The notes: a model not told the origin generated them from the letters alone. Positions 13,257 through 23,350 are shown, numbered from the stretch's first letter. The stretch is DNA of 47,026 bases from a virus (IMGVR_UViG_3300021256_000003:128001-175026), one strand, 5' to 3'. Translations and numbers: made by a program.

Positions 13257-14186
13257 TTAATATATAATCGGTTGATGTTTATTTTTTGATTCTTCTAAGG
13301 CTTGTTGCTTTTTATAAAAGATAAGCATTTTCTCTACTTCATTTTTAAGATAAGGAACATGATATATAGTCATGTTGTCATTGTGATCAAAATGAATTAA
13401 AACCAGATCTTCAATAATAAAGTCTGGATTAATTTTTTGCATAATCCAAGCATAAGTAGATAGTTGTAGAGCATAATGATTATAATTAACATCATCAAGA
13501 TTATTTAAAGGAAACTTCATTTTAGTAGTTGACTTTGTTTTTGAATTAAAAAAGCCTTTCTGTTCTATTTTTTTATTTGTTTTATAGTCTCCTAAAATTA
13601 AATGATTACCTTTTTTAACTAATAAATCAATTTGTCCTGCGACTGCGAATGTTTTATCTTTAGATATATAGTGAATTAAATATTCAGGATATATAGCCTC
13701 CTCTAAATCTAAATCGGTATAATCTTTTCTACATTCAAATTTACCACCAATTTCATATTTCTTTAAATCTATGTTCTGTGCTTTTTTATAAAGGCTATTT
13801 TCTAATTCAGAATGTATTTTAGTACCTCGCTCACAAGACTTAGCATTTTCAGTAGCCCAGTCATCTAAAATTCCTTGTTGTATTTTATTAAATTCAACTT
13901 CCTTGATACCATGAGTTTCAAGAAGAAGAGGATCAAACTTTTTAGAATTTAACAGAGACTTCTTTTCAATTTGCCAAACATCTGACGGCAAGAGTTTTTC
14001 CAATGCTTTGTAAGCCGACCAGAATTCTTTATCAAATGGTTGGGTAAAAGAATGAATCATAGTAGTTACAGATACAAATTTTCTATCAAGATTATTTGCA
14101 TCAAAATACTTATGATCTTCTTCTCTGAAGCAAATATCTCCATTTCTTTTGTCATACTTCAATTTATCCATAAAAACATTTATCAT
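13257..14186 (-). CDS. PD-(D/E)XK (RecB/Cas4-like) nuclease
   Basis: SVTT, RGTKIH, AGQIDLL, DYKTN, YALQLSTY motifs. Confidence 0.85.
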   Translation of the reverse strand: MINVFMDKLKYDKRNGDICFREEDHKYFDANNLDRKFVSVTTMIHSFTQPFDKEFWSAYKALEKLLPSDVWQIEKKSLLNSKKFDPLLLETHGIKEVEFNKIQQGILDDWATENAKSCERGTKIHSELENSLYKKAQNIDLKKYEIGGKFECRKDYTDLDLEEAIYPEYLIHYISKDKTFAVAGQIDLLVKKGNHLILGDYKTNKKIEQKGFFNSKTKSTTKMKFPLNNLDDVNYNHYALQLSTYAWIMQKINPDFIIEDLVLIHFDHNDNMTIYHVPYLKNEVEKMLIFYKKQQALEESKNKHQPIIY

Positions 14187-14296
14187 TAACTGTTAATACT
14201 ATTATAATCTATTTCCATTTTAAACATATTATTAATATATATATAATTAGAATAGACAAAGTAAAAGATATAAATACACTAATTAATTTAAATTTT

Positions 14297-15283
14297 ATGG
14301 AAAAAATATTTATTAATTACTTTCCAGTCGAAGAAGGTAAATCAGGTATTAAAATTAAACCAGAAAATAAAGGTAAGTTTAATGCTACTAAAAAACGTAC
14401 TGGTAAGACTACTGAAGAATTAACTCATAGTAAGAATCCTCTCACTAGGAAGAGAGCTATATTTGCTCAAAACGCAAAGAAGTGGCATCATAAGGAAGGA
14501 GGACTTATAGAATATTTTTAGGAAGATAATGCATTTAAAGAAAATAATTACTTATATTTAATACCAAAAGCTTAGCAAGGTTATAAAGTACAAAGAGGAG
14601 ATACTTTTGGAGGAATTGCTTAGAAATACGGGATGAATGTTTAGTAGTTACAGCAATTAAATCCAAACATCACTAATCCAGATAAAATATAGGAAGGTAT
14701 TACTTTAAATATTTCATAGCCTATTAAACAAGTCAAAACAATCGATGGTATTAAAATTCCTAATAATATAAACAACGTTGATTTAACTCCAGTTAATTTA
14801 AGTAAATTTAATACAATAGTAAATCAGGACGGTACTTTACTTAAAGTAGATAATCAATTATTATCTGATTTAGATAATTATTTAATACAGAAAAACATAG
14901 GATTACCTCAAAGATAGGCAATACTTTATAATGTAGTCTAGGAAGGAAGTACTACAGGATCTCATGGTAACGGTGCTTATGGCTATTTAGGATGGAGGGG
15001 TGATAGAATTCCGGGAATAGGTATTAATCAGATGCAATATTTATATGACACTATATTTGGAGATTTTAATGCAAATCATTGGAGTCACGGCGGAACTGGT
15101 TCTGGATATAAAACTGGAAAAGAAGCACAGCAAGTATTTATAAACGCAACTGATTTATCTTCTGCACTTAGAGCACTTACTTATGGATATGTTCGTCCAG
15201 ATGCTTCAACTAGAAAATTTAGAAGCGCAAACGGCGCAAAATACTTCTAGACAGGTGGTGTATTAAAGTTAATATCAAAATAA
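14297..15283 (+). CDS. LysM-domain protein with C-terminal phage-tail-lysozyme-like domain (328 aa, TAG=Gln)
   Basis: ORFs 14297.. and 15032.. join; LysM YKVQRGDTFGGIA*KYGMNV**LQQLNPNITNPDKI*EG; AILYNVV*EG...GAYGYLGW...QMQYLY...YVRP. Confidence 0.75.
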
Positions 15284-15286
15284 AAA

Positions 15287-15484
15287 ATGGATGATGAAAA
15301 ATTCGACAAACTTCTAAAACTTACAGAAGAAAATAACAAATTGCTTAAAAATATTATAGGTTATATTTAGTATAAGATTTCTATGGCTAATAACGAAAAT
15401 ATGAATGATTTTAGTATGAATGTGTTAGCCAATATAATTAGTAATTAGCTAGAAAATAAAAATAAATATGGATACATTAAATAA
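15287..15484 (+). CDS. Hypothetical protein (65 aa, 2 TAG)
   Basis: Open under TAG=Gln, coupled to neighbours. Confidence 0.6.
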
Positions 15485-15722
15485 AGAATATCTTTTAGAT
15501 AGATTCAATAAAGTTCTCGATAGAGCTACTGAAATATAGCAATGGGAAGAATTTAAAGCTTACAAAGCTAAAGAGCAAGAACTTATCGAATTAAATAAAA
15601 AGGAAAATGAGGAAATATTAGGTCCTTATTTAAGAGATTTGTGGCATAGAATCGACTTTGGTAATCAATTGGATTCTTCTGCCTTAATGATTGCTATTGT
15701 TGGAAATAATTGGTTAGAATGA
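15468..15722 (+). CDS. Hypothetical protein (84 aa, 1 TAG)
   Basis: Open under TAG=Gln, ATGA overlap with next gene. Confidence 0.6.
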
Positions 15723-15877
15723 GTACGGACACGCTAGCTAGCTTTGATCTTGCAAATCCAAATACTAAAAAGCTAGTCAATAAATTAGCTGAGATTCTTT
15801 ACAAAGAGTATGCACAAGATATGTAGGATATTGCGAATATTATAAATGGATCTAAAAAATATGAAAAAATTAATTAA
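15719..15877 (+). CDS. Hypothetical protein (52 aa, 1 TAG)
   Basis: Open under TAG=Gln, overlaps both neighbours. Confidence 0.5.
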
Positions 15878-17957
15878 GAAAGCTTAGTTAGGTACTCAGT
15901 TCATACTACCTCGATAGACAGCGGTGGCTGATAATACTTTTTATGCTAGACCACCTAATTCTTTTGAAATAAAAGAAGCATAGGAAAAGTATTAGGCTGA
16001 ATAGTAGTAGAAAATGATAGAAGAATATTAGAAAAGATAGCCTCAATTAAAAGTAGATACTAGAAGTACTACACAAAGACAAAGAGATCATAATATGGCT
16101 ATACAATAGGAAATTAAACAAAAAGCTAATGAATAGGCTGCTAATTTTGGTCGAGCTTTAGGTGCAAATCACGATATGACTGTAGACGAAGTAAATGATA
16201 ATACTCTAAATACTGCTAATTTAGTGGGGTATGTGGCAGCTCCTTATCTAATGACTGCTTTAGAGTCTGGCTATTATGGAGCAACTGGAAGGCCAAAAGA
16301 GGCTGCTATAACAGCTGGAGTAGGATTTGGATTGCCAATAATATTTAACGGAATGTAGCAATTACCTAATGCTGCTAGAAGTTATGTAGTTTCTAGAGAA
16401 TTAAAAAGAGGAATTAAACAAGCTACTAAACTTGATGAAACTATAGGCGTACCTGGGCAGATAGGTTGGGCACCAAAACAAACATTTACGGGTTATCATG
16501 CTTCTAATGAAAAAACGTTTGATCCGAATTTTTGGTATGAAAACTGGGCAAGAACAACACATAACGCTCCTTATGGAATATATATAGCTGAAGGAACTGC
16601 CCCTACAAAAGGATTTTTAGCAAAAAGACCTTATGTACATAATGTAACTGTTGAATTAGAAAAGCCTATGGTTCAAATAGGAGAATTATAGACAAATACT
16701 AAAAATAGTACTAGGAACGGATTGGAAAGATTTGCGCAAAAACAAGGTGCTGATGCAATTATTTTTCAAGACATTAAAGATAATCAAATGAATCATCAAA
16801 ACATACTAAAAACTTTAAATCCAGATACTCAATTAATTATAAATAACAAAGCACCAACTGTACTTGGACCAAATAGTTATGTACGTGATGGTAGTAACAT
16901 TCCAACATTAGATGAAATTTTAAATCCAGGAATGCAATTTATTAGAGCATTAAGGCACGTTCCTATAGTGAACGAAAACGGTTTTGTAGAATTGGTTCCA
17001 AAAGACAATATGTTGGCAAACTTTGCAACAGATATGAGGGCAGCTAATCATAGTAGTTATGGAGATTTATATGAAATGCCAGCTTTAATGTTCATAAACG
17101 AATCTCAATTAAAAGGGATAACACCATTCTCAATAAAACCAAGTGATACATTTTTTAGAGCATCTGATTTGCGAAATAGATTTAAACCGCAAGATATTAC
17201 TTATTGGAGTTATGATGAAGGATTAAACGAAACTGCAAGATCTTTAGGTTTTAATGTTCCAAAAACTCCTGTTGATTTGTTAGCTGCAAGAGATGCTCAT
17301 AGAGCTACTATTAAAGGCACTAAAGACGGAAAAGGTAAAGTGTCGATGTTAGAACGACTTAAAAAAACAGAACAAGAGCAAGGAGACCGAGATTTAGGAG
17401 AAAAAGCAAATTTATTAAGAAGACAATTTGAGCAGTCTTTATATAGAAGACCTTCATTAGAAGATTATAAACTACTAGAAACTAAAACTGGTTTGAAGGC
17501 AGATGTTACAGAAAGTGAAATAAGTAAGTTAAATAAAGTAGTTGATGAGTATAAAAATGCAAGAGGTGATGTAAATAAAATAGAAGAATTGTATAAAAAA
17601 TATGGAGATGATCCAGTCATTACATTATCCGATGGAACATCCTTTGGGCACGATGATTTGGTAACATTGTCTTTTGGAACAGACAATACAGTGGGAGATA
17701 AACTATCTGAAATGTTGAATGCTACATTAGATCACAGATATGATAAAATATATTACGATAGAGCGTCTTCAATAGAACATGAATTAATGAAAAGTATAGG
17801 TATGGGTTCACATCCTAGACTAATTAATGGAAGAGTTGTAGGGGCTAAAGGTGTTGGAGATATGTCTTTAGAAGAATTTAATGAAGCTTTAAACAATCTA
17901 AGGAAAAGACTAGGAGCCAAACCTCTTGCTAAAGGCGGCAAACTAATACGAAAATAA
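15861..17957 (+). CDS. Large multidomain protein (698 aa, TAG=Gln) with ADP-ribosyltransferase (ART-PolyVal)-like central domain
   Basis: ORFs 16176.. and 16722.. join in frame from ATG 15861; GYHAS...GIYIA...LEKP...GADAIIF...LNPDTQL pattern. Confidence 0.7.
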
Positions 17958-17960
17958 TAT

Positions 17961-18296
17961 ATGAATAAAATTGAAACAACCATATATTCTCATAATATTA
18001 CTATTACAAATAATAATATTCATATTACAGATTCTTATAAAGTTAAGATTAGAGAATCTATGAAAAACATCCTAAATATATTACGTGAATATTTAAATGA
18101 TAGTAATATTACAATGAAAACTCCATTTGATTATAGAAGTAATAACTCTATGATAAGAGAATGGATTACACATAATAATTTATACAGATTAGGATTATAT
18201 CAAGATAGGGTCAAGGATATAGATTTAAATCATCCACAAAAGTGGTATGTAAAGATTTTATATGCAATTGGTTCACTAATTAATTTAAACAAATGA
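17961..18296 (+). CDS. Hypothetical protein
   Basis: 111 aa ORF in operon. Confidence 0.65.
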   Translation: MNKIETTIYSHNITITNNNIHITDSYKVKIRESMKNILNILREYLNDSNITMKTPFDYRSNNSMIREWITHNNLYRLGLYQDRVKDIDLNHPQKWYVKILYAIGSLINLNK

Positions 18297-18535
18297 CATT
18301 TGCTGAATTTTGTACACAAATGGTAAGTTCTGGCAAAACAGGCCGTATTTCAAGTAAACGAGTTTCAGGATTACTTCTTATTCTAGTAACTTGTTTCTGT
18401 TTTATTTACTGTAGTATTACAGGAACTAATACACCTGATATGGCTACAGCTGTTATTGTAGCTGCCTGCACTTGCTTAGGTTGTGAAGGATTATTTGATT
18501 CTATAGGAAAAATAGGTAAAGGATCAAATGGTTAA
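18293..18535 (+). CDS. Holin-like two-TM membrane protein
   Basis: SSKRVSG followed by two hydrophobic helices; last gene before a terminator. Confidence 0.55.
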   Translation: MTFAEFCTQMVSSGKTGRISSKRVSGLLLILVTCFCFIYCSITGTNTPDMATAVIVAACTCLGCEGLFDSIGKIGKGSNG

Positions 18536-18548
18536 GATGAAGAAAATA

Positions 18549-18590
18549 AAAAAAAGCCGGTCCGCTTAATTGCGAATCGGCTTTTTTATT
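18549..18590. terminator. Bidirectional intrinsic terminator
   Basis: A-tract-GCCGGTCCGC-loop-GCGAATCGGC-T-tract between convergent genes. Confidence 0.8.
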
Positions 18591-18619
18591 TCAAATCGAT
18601 AATTCTTTGGTTCCTTATT

Positions 18620-18793
18620 CTATACTTTAATAGAATCAAAATATTGTGTTAAATCTACTTTTAAGCAAAATTGTCTGCTCGTTGTTCCTTGTCTCCTATT
18701 ATAGACTGGCTCTAGTTTATTTAGTGTGTCTATAAAAACTTCATCGGTATAAAGCTCAAGAGGAACAATTAATTTTTGAAAATTACTATCCAT
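18620..18793 (-). CDS. Hypothetical protein (MDSNFQKL...)
   Basis: C-terminal part of ORF 18620..18859; ends at TAG, readthrough possible. Confidence 0.45.
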   Translation of the reverse strand: MDSNFQKLIVPLELYTDEVFIDTLNKLEPVYNRRQGTTSRQFCLKVDLTQYFDSIKV

Positions 18794-18949
18794 TAGACGT
18801 GGTCGAACAATAAACTTGTGGATAAGGATATGTAATTGTAGGATATACAATATTATCATCTACAATAGCATCTATTATTTTGAGTAATGTTTCTACATCC
18901 GCGTCGGGTAAAACATTATGTAAATTATTTAAAGTCGCTTTTACATTAA

Positions 18950-19192
18950 TCATAGTCTAGTAGATAAATTATTTAATGCGTCTAAAAAATCTATACACAG
19001 TTGTTCATTTTCTCTCCCTGCCTCTTTAAACCAAGCTACATCAGATACAACATGCTGTAGGTCTTCAATAAGAGTTTTTACTACTGCATCTCCGCCTTTA
19101 TATTTATCAAAAAATAATTCTGGAGTACAAAGTACAGGAGTTTTTACTAAGTGTCTTGCACTTTTTTCATTATACATTTTTTCAAGATTCAT
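18950..19192 (-). CDS. Hypothetical protein
   Basis: 80 aa ORF in minus-strand operon. Confidence 0.6.
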   Translation of the reverse strand: MNLEKMYNEKSARHLVKTPVLCTPELFFDKYKGGDAVVKTLIEDLQHVVSDVAWFKEAGRENEQLCIDFLDALNNLSTRL

Positions 19193-19207
19193 ATATCATA
19201 TATTTTT

Positions 19208-20005
19208 TTATATTTGCTGTTTTTTATAACATGTAAATCCTTGGCATCTTTTTTGTCTGCCTGCAAGAATGTTGCTTAAGTTACTTCGCACACTTTCTAC
19301 GGAAGCTCCTAAACCACAAATTGAATTAATATAAATGGCAGCCCCTTTAATAGTTGGGAATTCAAGCTCTTTTCCATTTGGAGAGATTAATACTATTATA
19401 TTGTGATTCTCTTTAACAACTTTATTAATTAATGAATTTCTATATGAAAGTTGCTTTCTAGCTTCTATTACTCCTACTTCTGATACTTTGTCCATAATTT
19501 CCTTTTTAACTGACTCTGGTATCTCTTGAGAAGAAGGATTAACTGACATTTGATGATTTTTACACCCATAATTTTCAGTTTGACTATGACAATTTGGACA
19601 TAAGATTTGTAAATTTTCCAATCTATTGTCAGTATGTATACCATTAATATGATGAAGTTCAAAATTTAATGGCATTCCTTGCCATTCTGTTATTTTACAC
19701 TTCTCACATTTTTCTTCTTTTAATCCTTCTTTTATAAGACGACTTCTAAGTCGACTACTCGGATAATCAGAATTTTCAATTAAAATATCATCTAGAGGAG
19801 TTGTTTCTTTATGTGTTACATTTTGAATAGAATTCTTTATAAAAGAAATTTGTAACTTCGTCATTCTGTCCTTTATAATCTAATAAGCCCATGAATTCCC
19901 TTTCACGGAATAGTTCAACTTTCTCAGCACATCTGCTGTTGATGTAGAACTTGTAATTAATTCAATAAACTGACTATCGTCAAGCATTTCTATTTTATTA
20001 ACCAT
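19208..20005 (-). CDS. HNH homing endonuclease (265 aa, 1 in-frame TAG), C-terminal DNA-binding-like domain
   Basis: CEKC...ELHHINGIHTDNRLENLQILCPNCH; ATG 20005 in frame with ORF 19208..19864 across one TAG. Confidence 0.85.
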
Positions 20006-20024
20006 CGTTATATAATATTAAATT

Positions 20025-20098
20025 TGGCGGTGGTACCCGGATTCGGACCGGGACCATTAGTTTTAGAGACTAAGGCACTACCATTATGCAATACCACA
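20025..20098 (-). tRNA. Amber suppressor tRNA, anticodon CUA (Gln-type)
   Basis: TGTGGTA/TACCACC acceptor, D arm GCAT/GTGC, stem TTAGT-CT CTA AA-ACTAA, T arm, G73, encoded CCA. Confidence 0.92.
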
Positions 20099-20132
20099 GT
20101 ATTTGCTGTCTTTATAGCTGACAGCGAGCTTA

Positions 20133-20582
20133 TTAAATAGTATATTTACTATACATATTCTTTTTATCTTCTAAATCTTTAATTTTTTCTTCTAAAAGAA
20201 TGATTTCGTTACCGCATTCAATTACTTTCTGGCTGGCGATTTCTTTAAGAGCATTTATAAAGATACTAATTCCTTCATCCATTCTATCATCACTTTCTAT
20301 CATAGCAGTGATCTCTTGAAGATTAAGAGATTCGCAGGTTTCTACAAATAAATCGGAATCAATAGACTGGCAATATTCATAAAATTTATCTCTATTTTCT
20401 TGGCAATTCTTCTCGATCTCATTTGGCTTATTTTCAGTATAAGAGCAAGAGAAATGTAAATGTCCATCTTTATTGGATGCATTAATTTTCAATCCATCTT
20501 GATCGAATGAATATTCTTTATTTTCTGAAATAGCAGTAAGAATATCATTGATTAAGTCGTTGTTAATTAAATTTTCTATCAT
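20133..20582 (-). CDS. Hypothetical acidic protein
   Basis: 149 aa ORF. Confidence 0.7.
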   Translation of the reverse strand: MIENLINNDLINDILTAISENKEYSFDQDGLKINASNKDGHLHFSCSYTENKPNEIEKNCQENRDKFYEYCQSIDSDLFVETCESLNLQEITAMIESDDRMDEGISIFINALKEIASQKVIECGNEIILLEEKIKDLEDKKNMYSKYTI

Positions 20583-20715
20583 AGTATTTAAATTTTGTTT
20601 ATACCTAATATATATACTTCCTTTAAAAATTTTCCAAGTTAAAAAATGTTAAAAGACAAATTGTGGAAATTTTTAATCATTTTTTATTCCATTGTCAAGC
20701 AGGAGGAAGGAAAAG

Positions 20716-21201
20716 TTATTCAATTGCTTTTTTGAGAAGTTTTAAGGATTCTTCGTTTTCTTCAGATATCTGAGCGGTATATCCTAAACTATTTTCAACT
20801 TGCTGAAGACGTTCCTCTTGATGAAGTATTGTAGGAATGATTTTTTCTATAAGAGAACGATATGCTAAACGTAGCTTGTCATTCTCTTCTTCTAATTGAA
20901 TGGTACGTAAACAATTATAATCAGTATAATCCTTTTCTCCGTCTATAAGTTTCTGAGCAATTGGCTCTTTTAATGAAAACCATAAATCTAAAGTAGCTTC
21001 TTTATCTTTAGCCCACTCTCCGTCATCTAATTCAATGTTTTGATGAACTATTGTTTCATCATCACGTGTTCCTAAATTAATATCTAGTAATTTAAAAATT
21101 GGATTATGCGTTTTATATATTTTAATACGACTTCTTAAAGTGTCGAAATCTTTACTATATCCAATTTTATAAAATTCTCCTGTTTGTATTAAATATAACA
21201 T
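20716..21201 (-). CDS. GIY-YIG-like (T5orf172/MUG113 family) protein
   Basis: LYLI...YKIGYS...RI..YKTHNP...E...H...GEW. Confidence 0.7.
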   Translation of the reverse strand: MLYLIQTGEFYKIGYSKDFDTLRSRIKIYKTHNPIFKLLDINLGTRDDETIVHQNIELDDGEWAKDKEATLDLWFSLKEPIAQKLIDGEKDYTDYNCLRTIQLEEENDKLRLAYRSLIEKIIPTILHQEERLQQVENSLGYTAQISEENEESLKLLKKAIE

Positions 21202-21932
21202 TAGTCAATAATTAAAGGGTTTTTAGTTTGTTTATCTTGTTTCAATTCTTTAATTTCTTCCATCAATTGATGTATTAACTTATCCTGAGATTCTATTTTA
21301 TTTTGAAGGTTATTAATATTTTTAGTATTTTCTTGGATTTCTTCGTCGTGTTTACAGAGAGCCCATATTACTTTTTGACCTAATTCATTTAAATGAAAAA
21401 CTTTCTCGTGAACAATATTGCCATCTAAATCTTTTTGAGCAGTCTTAATAGTAGTGAGATATTCTTTGTTTTCTAAACTTCGATTACATCTTGAAATTGT
21501 CGCTTCAGACATATTAATAAGAGGAGCTAATTCTTTGTTAGTATAAGTAATTTTTCCAAAATCTTCTATATCTTTAAACATATATTGTTGTGCAGATAAA
21601 ATATATGCTTTTTCTATAAAGGATAACTGATCGTTATCTAAAAATGCGTCACTGAACGGTTCAAACTTTTTATAGGAAGAAAATATATATTGATTAGATC
21701 TCCCTACTTTTTTAACAGTGATATACTCTTTATCTTCTAAGCGTTTAATACAATTACGAACTGTATTAACAGATGCTCCACAATGTTTCATTATGACTGG
21801 TAAAGATGGGGTTGCAATATTATTTGTGGCATATCTTTTAATAGATACATATACTAATAAATCTTGCGGAGTTAATCCGTCTTTAGTCATGTTATTAGGG
21901 AGTTGAACGTGTTTCTTTGATTCATTTTCCAT
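21201..21932 (-). CDS. Tandem winged-HTH protein with C-terminal coiled coil, putative replication initiator
   Basis: PSLPVIMKHCGASVNTVRNCIKRLEDKEYI and TNKELAPLINMSEATISRCNRSLENKEYL; next to iterons. Confidence 0.7.
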   Translation of the reverse strand: MENESKKHVQLPNNMTKDGLTPQDLLVYVSIKRYATNNIATPSLPVIMKHCGASVNTVRNCIKRLEDKEYITVKKVGRSNQYIFSSYKKFEPFSDAFLDNDQLSFIEKAYILSAQQYMFKDIEDFGKITYTNKELAPLINMSEATISRCNRSLENKEYLTTIKTAQKDLDGNIVHEKVFHLNELGQKVIWALCKHDEEIQENTKNINNLQNKIESQDKLIHQLMEEIKELKQDKQTKNPLIID

Positions 21933-21988
21933 ATATTATATTATATATATTTTTCTATCAAAATCCAAGTACTTTCTGATAGAATTTG

Positions 21989-22170
21989 TAACTTATTGAT
22001 TCTCAGGCGATTTCACAGTTGATAGAATTAATTTCTCAAATGAGCGATTCAATTTCTGAAATGATAGAATCAATTTCTCAGTCGAGAGATTAATCTTTGT
22101 AACTTCTTGATTTTCAATAGGTTATATAGATTCTATACTTAATATTATACTTAGGATTCTATACTTAATG
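21989..22170. repeat. Putative replication origin: 21-bp iterons, two IHF-consensus sites, AT-rich repeats
   Basis: GATAGAATTAATTTCTCAAAT / GAGCGATTCAATTTCTGAAAT / GATAGAATCAATTTCTCAGTC at 22021, 22042, 22063; TAACTT(A/C)TTGATT at 21989 and 22100; GATTCTATACTTAAT twice. Confidence 0.65.
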
Positions 22171-22407
22171 ACGTGAATAATCGCTCAATTAATAAGGTAC
22201 TTATAAAAATGGCCCCTCCCGTGTTTAATTTGGGAAATGATTTTAATTTAAAGTCAAAAGTGTGTAAAATATTTAAATTAATTTGAAACACCAATAGGAA
22301 AGGAAAATTAAAATGTTGAGAAATATGAGAGGGAGAAGAGAGGGAGAGTACACTACCCAATAATGGCCCCTCCGGGGTCTCGGATGGAAAATGAAATCAA
22401 AATCAGG

Positions 22408-22420
22408 CAATAACTAGTCA
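22408..22420 (+). promoter_or_regulatory. CAATAACTAGTCA motif, putative early promoter element
   Basis: Identical 13-mer at 23440; core TAACTAGTCA also at 23410. Confidence 0.45.
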
Positions 22421-22697
22421 GATAAAATCAGAAAAATTATTGTGAGCAGTAGAAGAAGTTGTAGCTTCGTTCCTTCGATCTACTGCGAGTCCTGCCGAGT
22501 TTGTTGAACGGCGTCGTCAAGGCATCTCAGATGCGACGATATGGGCGACGGCGAGAGCATCGTCGTGGCTTCTTCGGAAGTCAATCCAATGCTACGGGCT
22601 CAGACGACCGAATCTTCGTCTGTGACTTACTACGGTTCAGCGGAAAGACGCAGAGCCTACCGAGGCATTCCCTAACGCCTCTTAAACCACTATCGCT

Positions 22698-23336
22698 ATG
22701 GCACAGACCGTTCGCGACACTATCAACAATGAGAAGTTTGCTAACCTCCACATCGACGAGGCCAACCTGCAGCAAGTGCTGAATCTGTTGGTCGACCAAC
22801 GTAAGAAGGCTGATCCCAACTTCGACGCTGCCAATCTTGACTTGGTGGCTCTCCTCGATGACGCTATCAAACGTCGCCGCTTCATGCCGACACCTGATGG
22901 CACCTACACCATCAAGGAAGCCTTCGTCTTCTTTTCCGTCTACGAGGACAGAAATGGGCTGTCGCAGCTCTCTGTCCATCGTGCTTATCGCATCACCGAC
23001 GGTAAGTCTGACTACCAGTTGGAGTGCACCAACTGGGGACAAGAGAGGACACGCTACACCATCAAGGGCAATCCTGTGGTGCTGCCATTCGTTGTTAGCA
23101 ACAACAACCTGATAAAGATGTCAGGTAACGGTGCTGCCAGCGAGTGGATACAGCAGACAGTTCCGCAGTTGGTTGGAGCGACTATCAAGGTCACCAACCA
23201 CAATCAGCCTATCGACAAATACACGCCGAAAGAAGGCCGTGATTTTCAATCTGTCCAAGTAAGACAGGTTGATATCGTCCGTCTGAAGGATGAGCAGGCT
23301 GATGAACCTGCGTCCACGTGGAAGAAACTTGAGTAG
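22698..23336 (+). CDS. GC-rich early hypothetical protein; TAG apparently used as stop
   Basis: 212 aa ORF followed directly by a terminator. Confidence 0.8.
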   Translation: MAQTVRDTINNEKFANLHIDEANLQQVLNLLVDQRKKADPNFDAANLDLVALLDDAIKRRRFMPTPDGTYTIKEAFVFFSVYEDRNGLSQLSVHRAYRITDGKSDYQLECTNWGQERTRYTIKGNPVVLPFVVSNNNLIKMSGNGAASEWIQQTVPQLVGATIKVTNHNQPIDKYTPKEGRDFQSVQVRQVDIVRLKDEQADEPASTWKKLE

Positions 23337-23350
23337 TCTGCTATCTACCG

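Noticed and set aside
13257-14186. Cas4/CRISPR system
   Set aside because: Standalone PD-(D/E)XK nuclease; no cas genes or repeat-spacer array seen in the window
1-17957. Late region as a field of pseudogenes or many tiny ORFs
   Set aside because: The interruptions examined are all TAG; frames are preserved and genes abut precisely under code 15
22501-23112. Overlapping ORFs 22501+, 22581-, 22682-, 22837+
   Set aside because: Shadow ORFs arising from local high GC over the 22698 gene and structured leader
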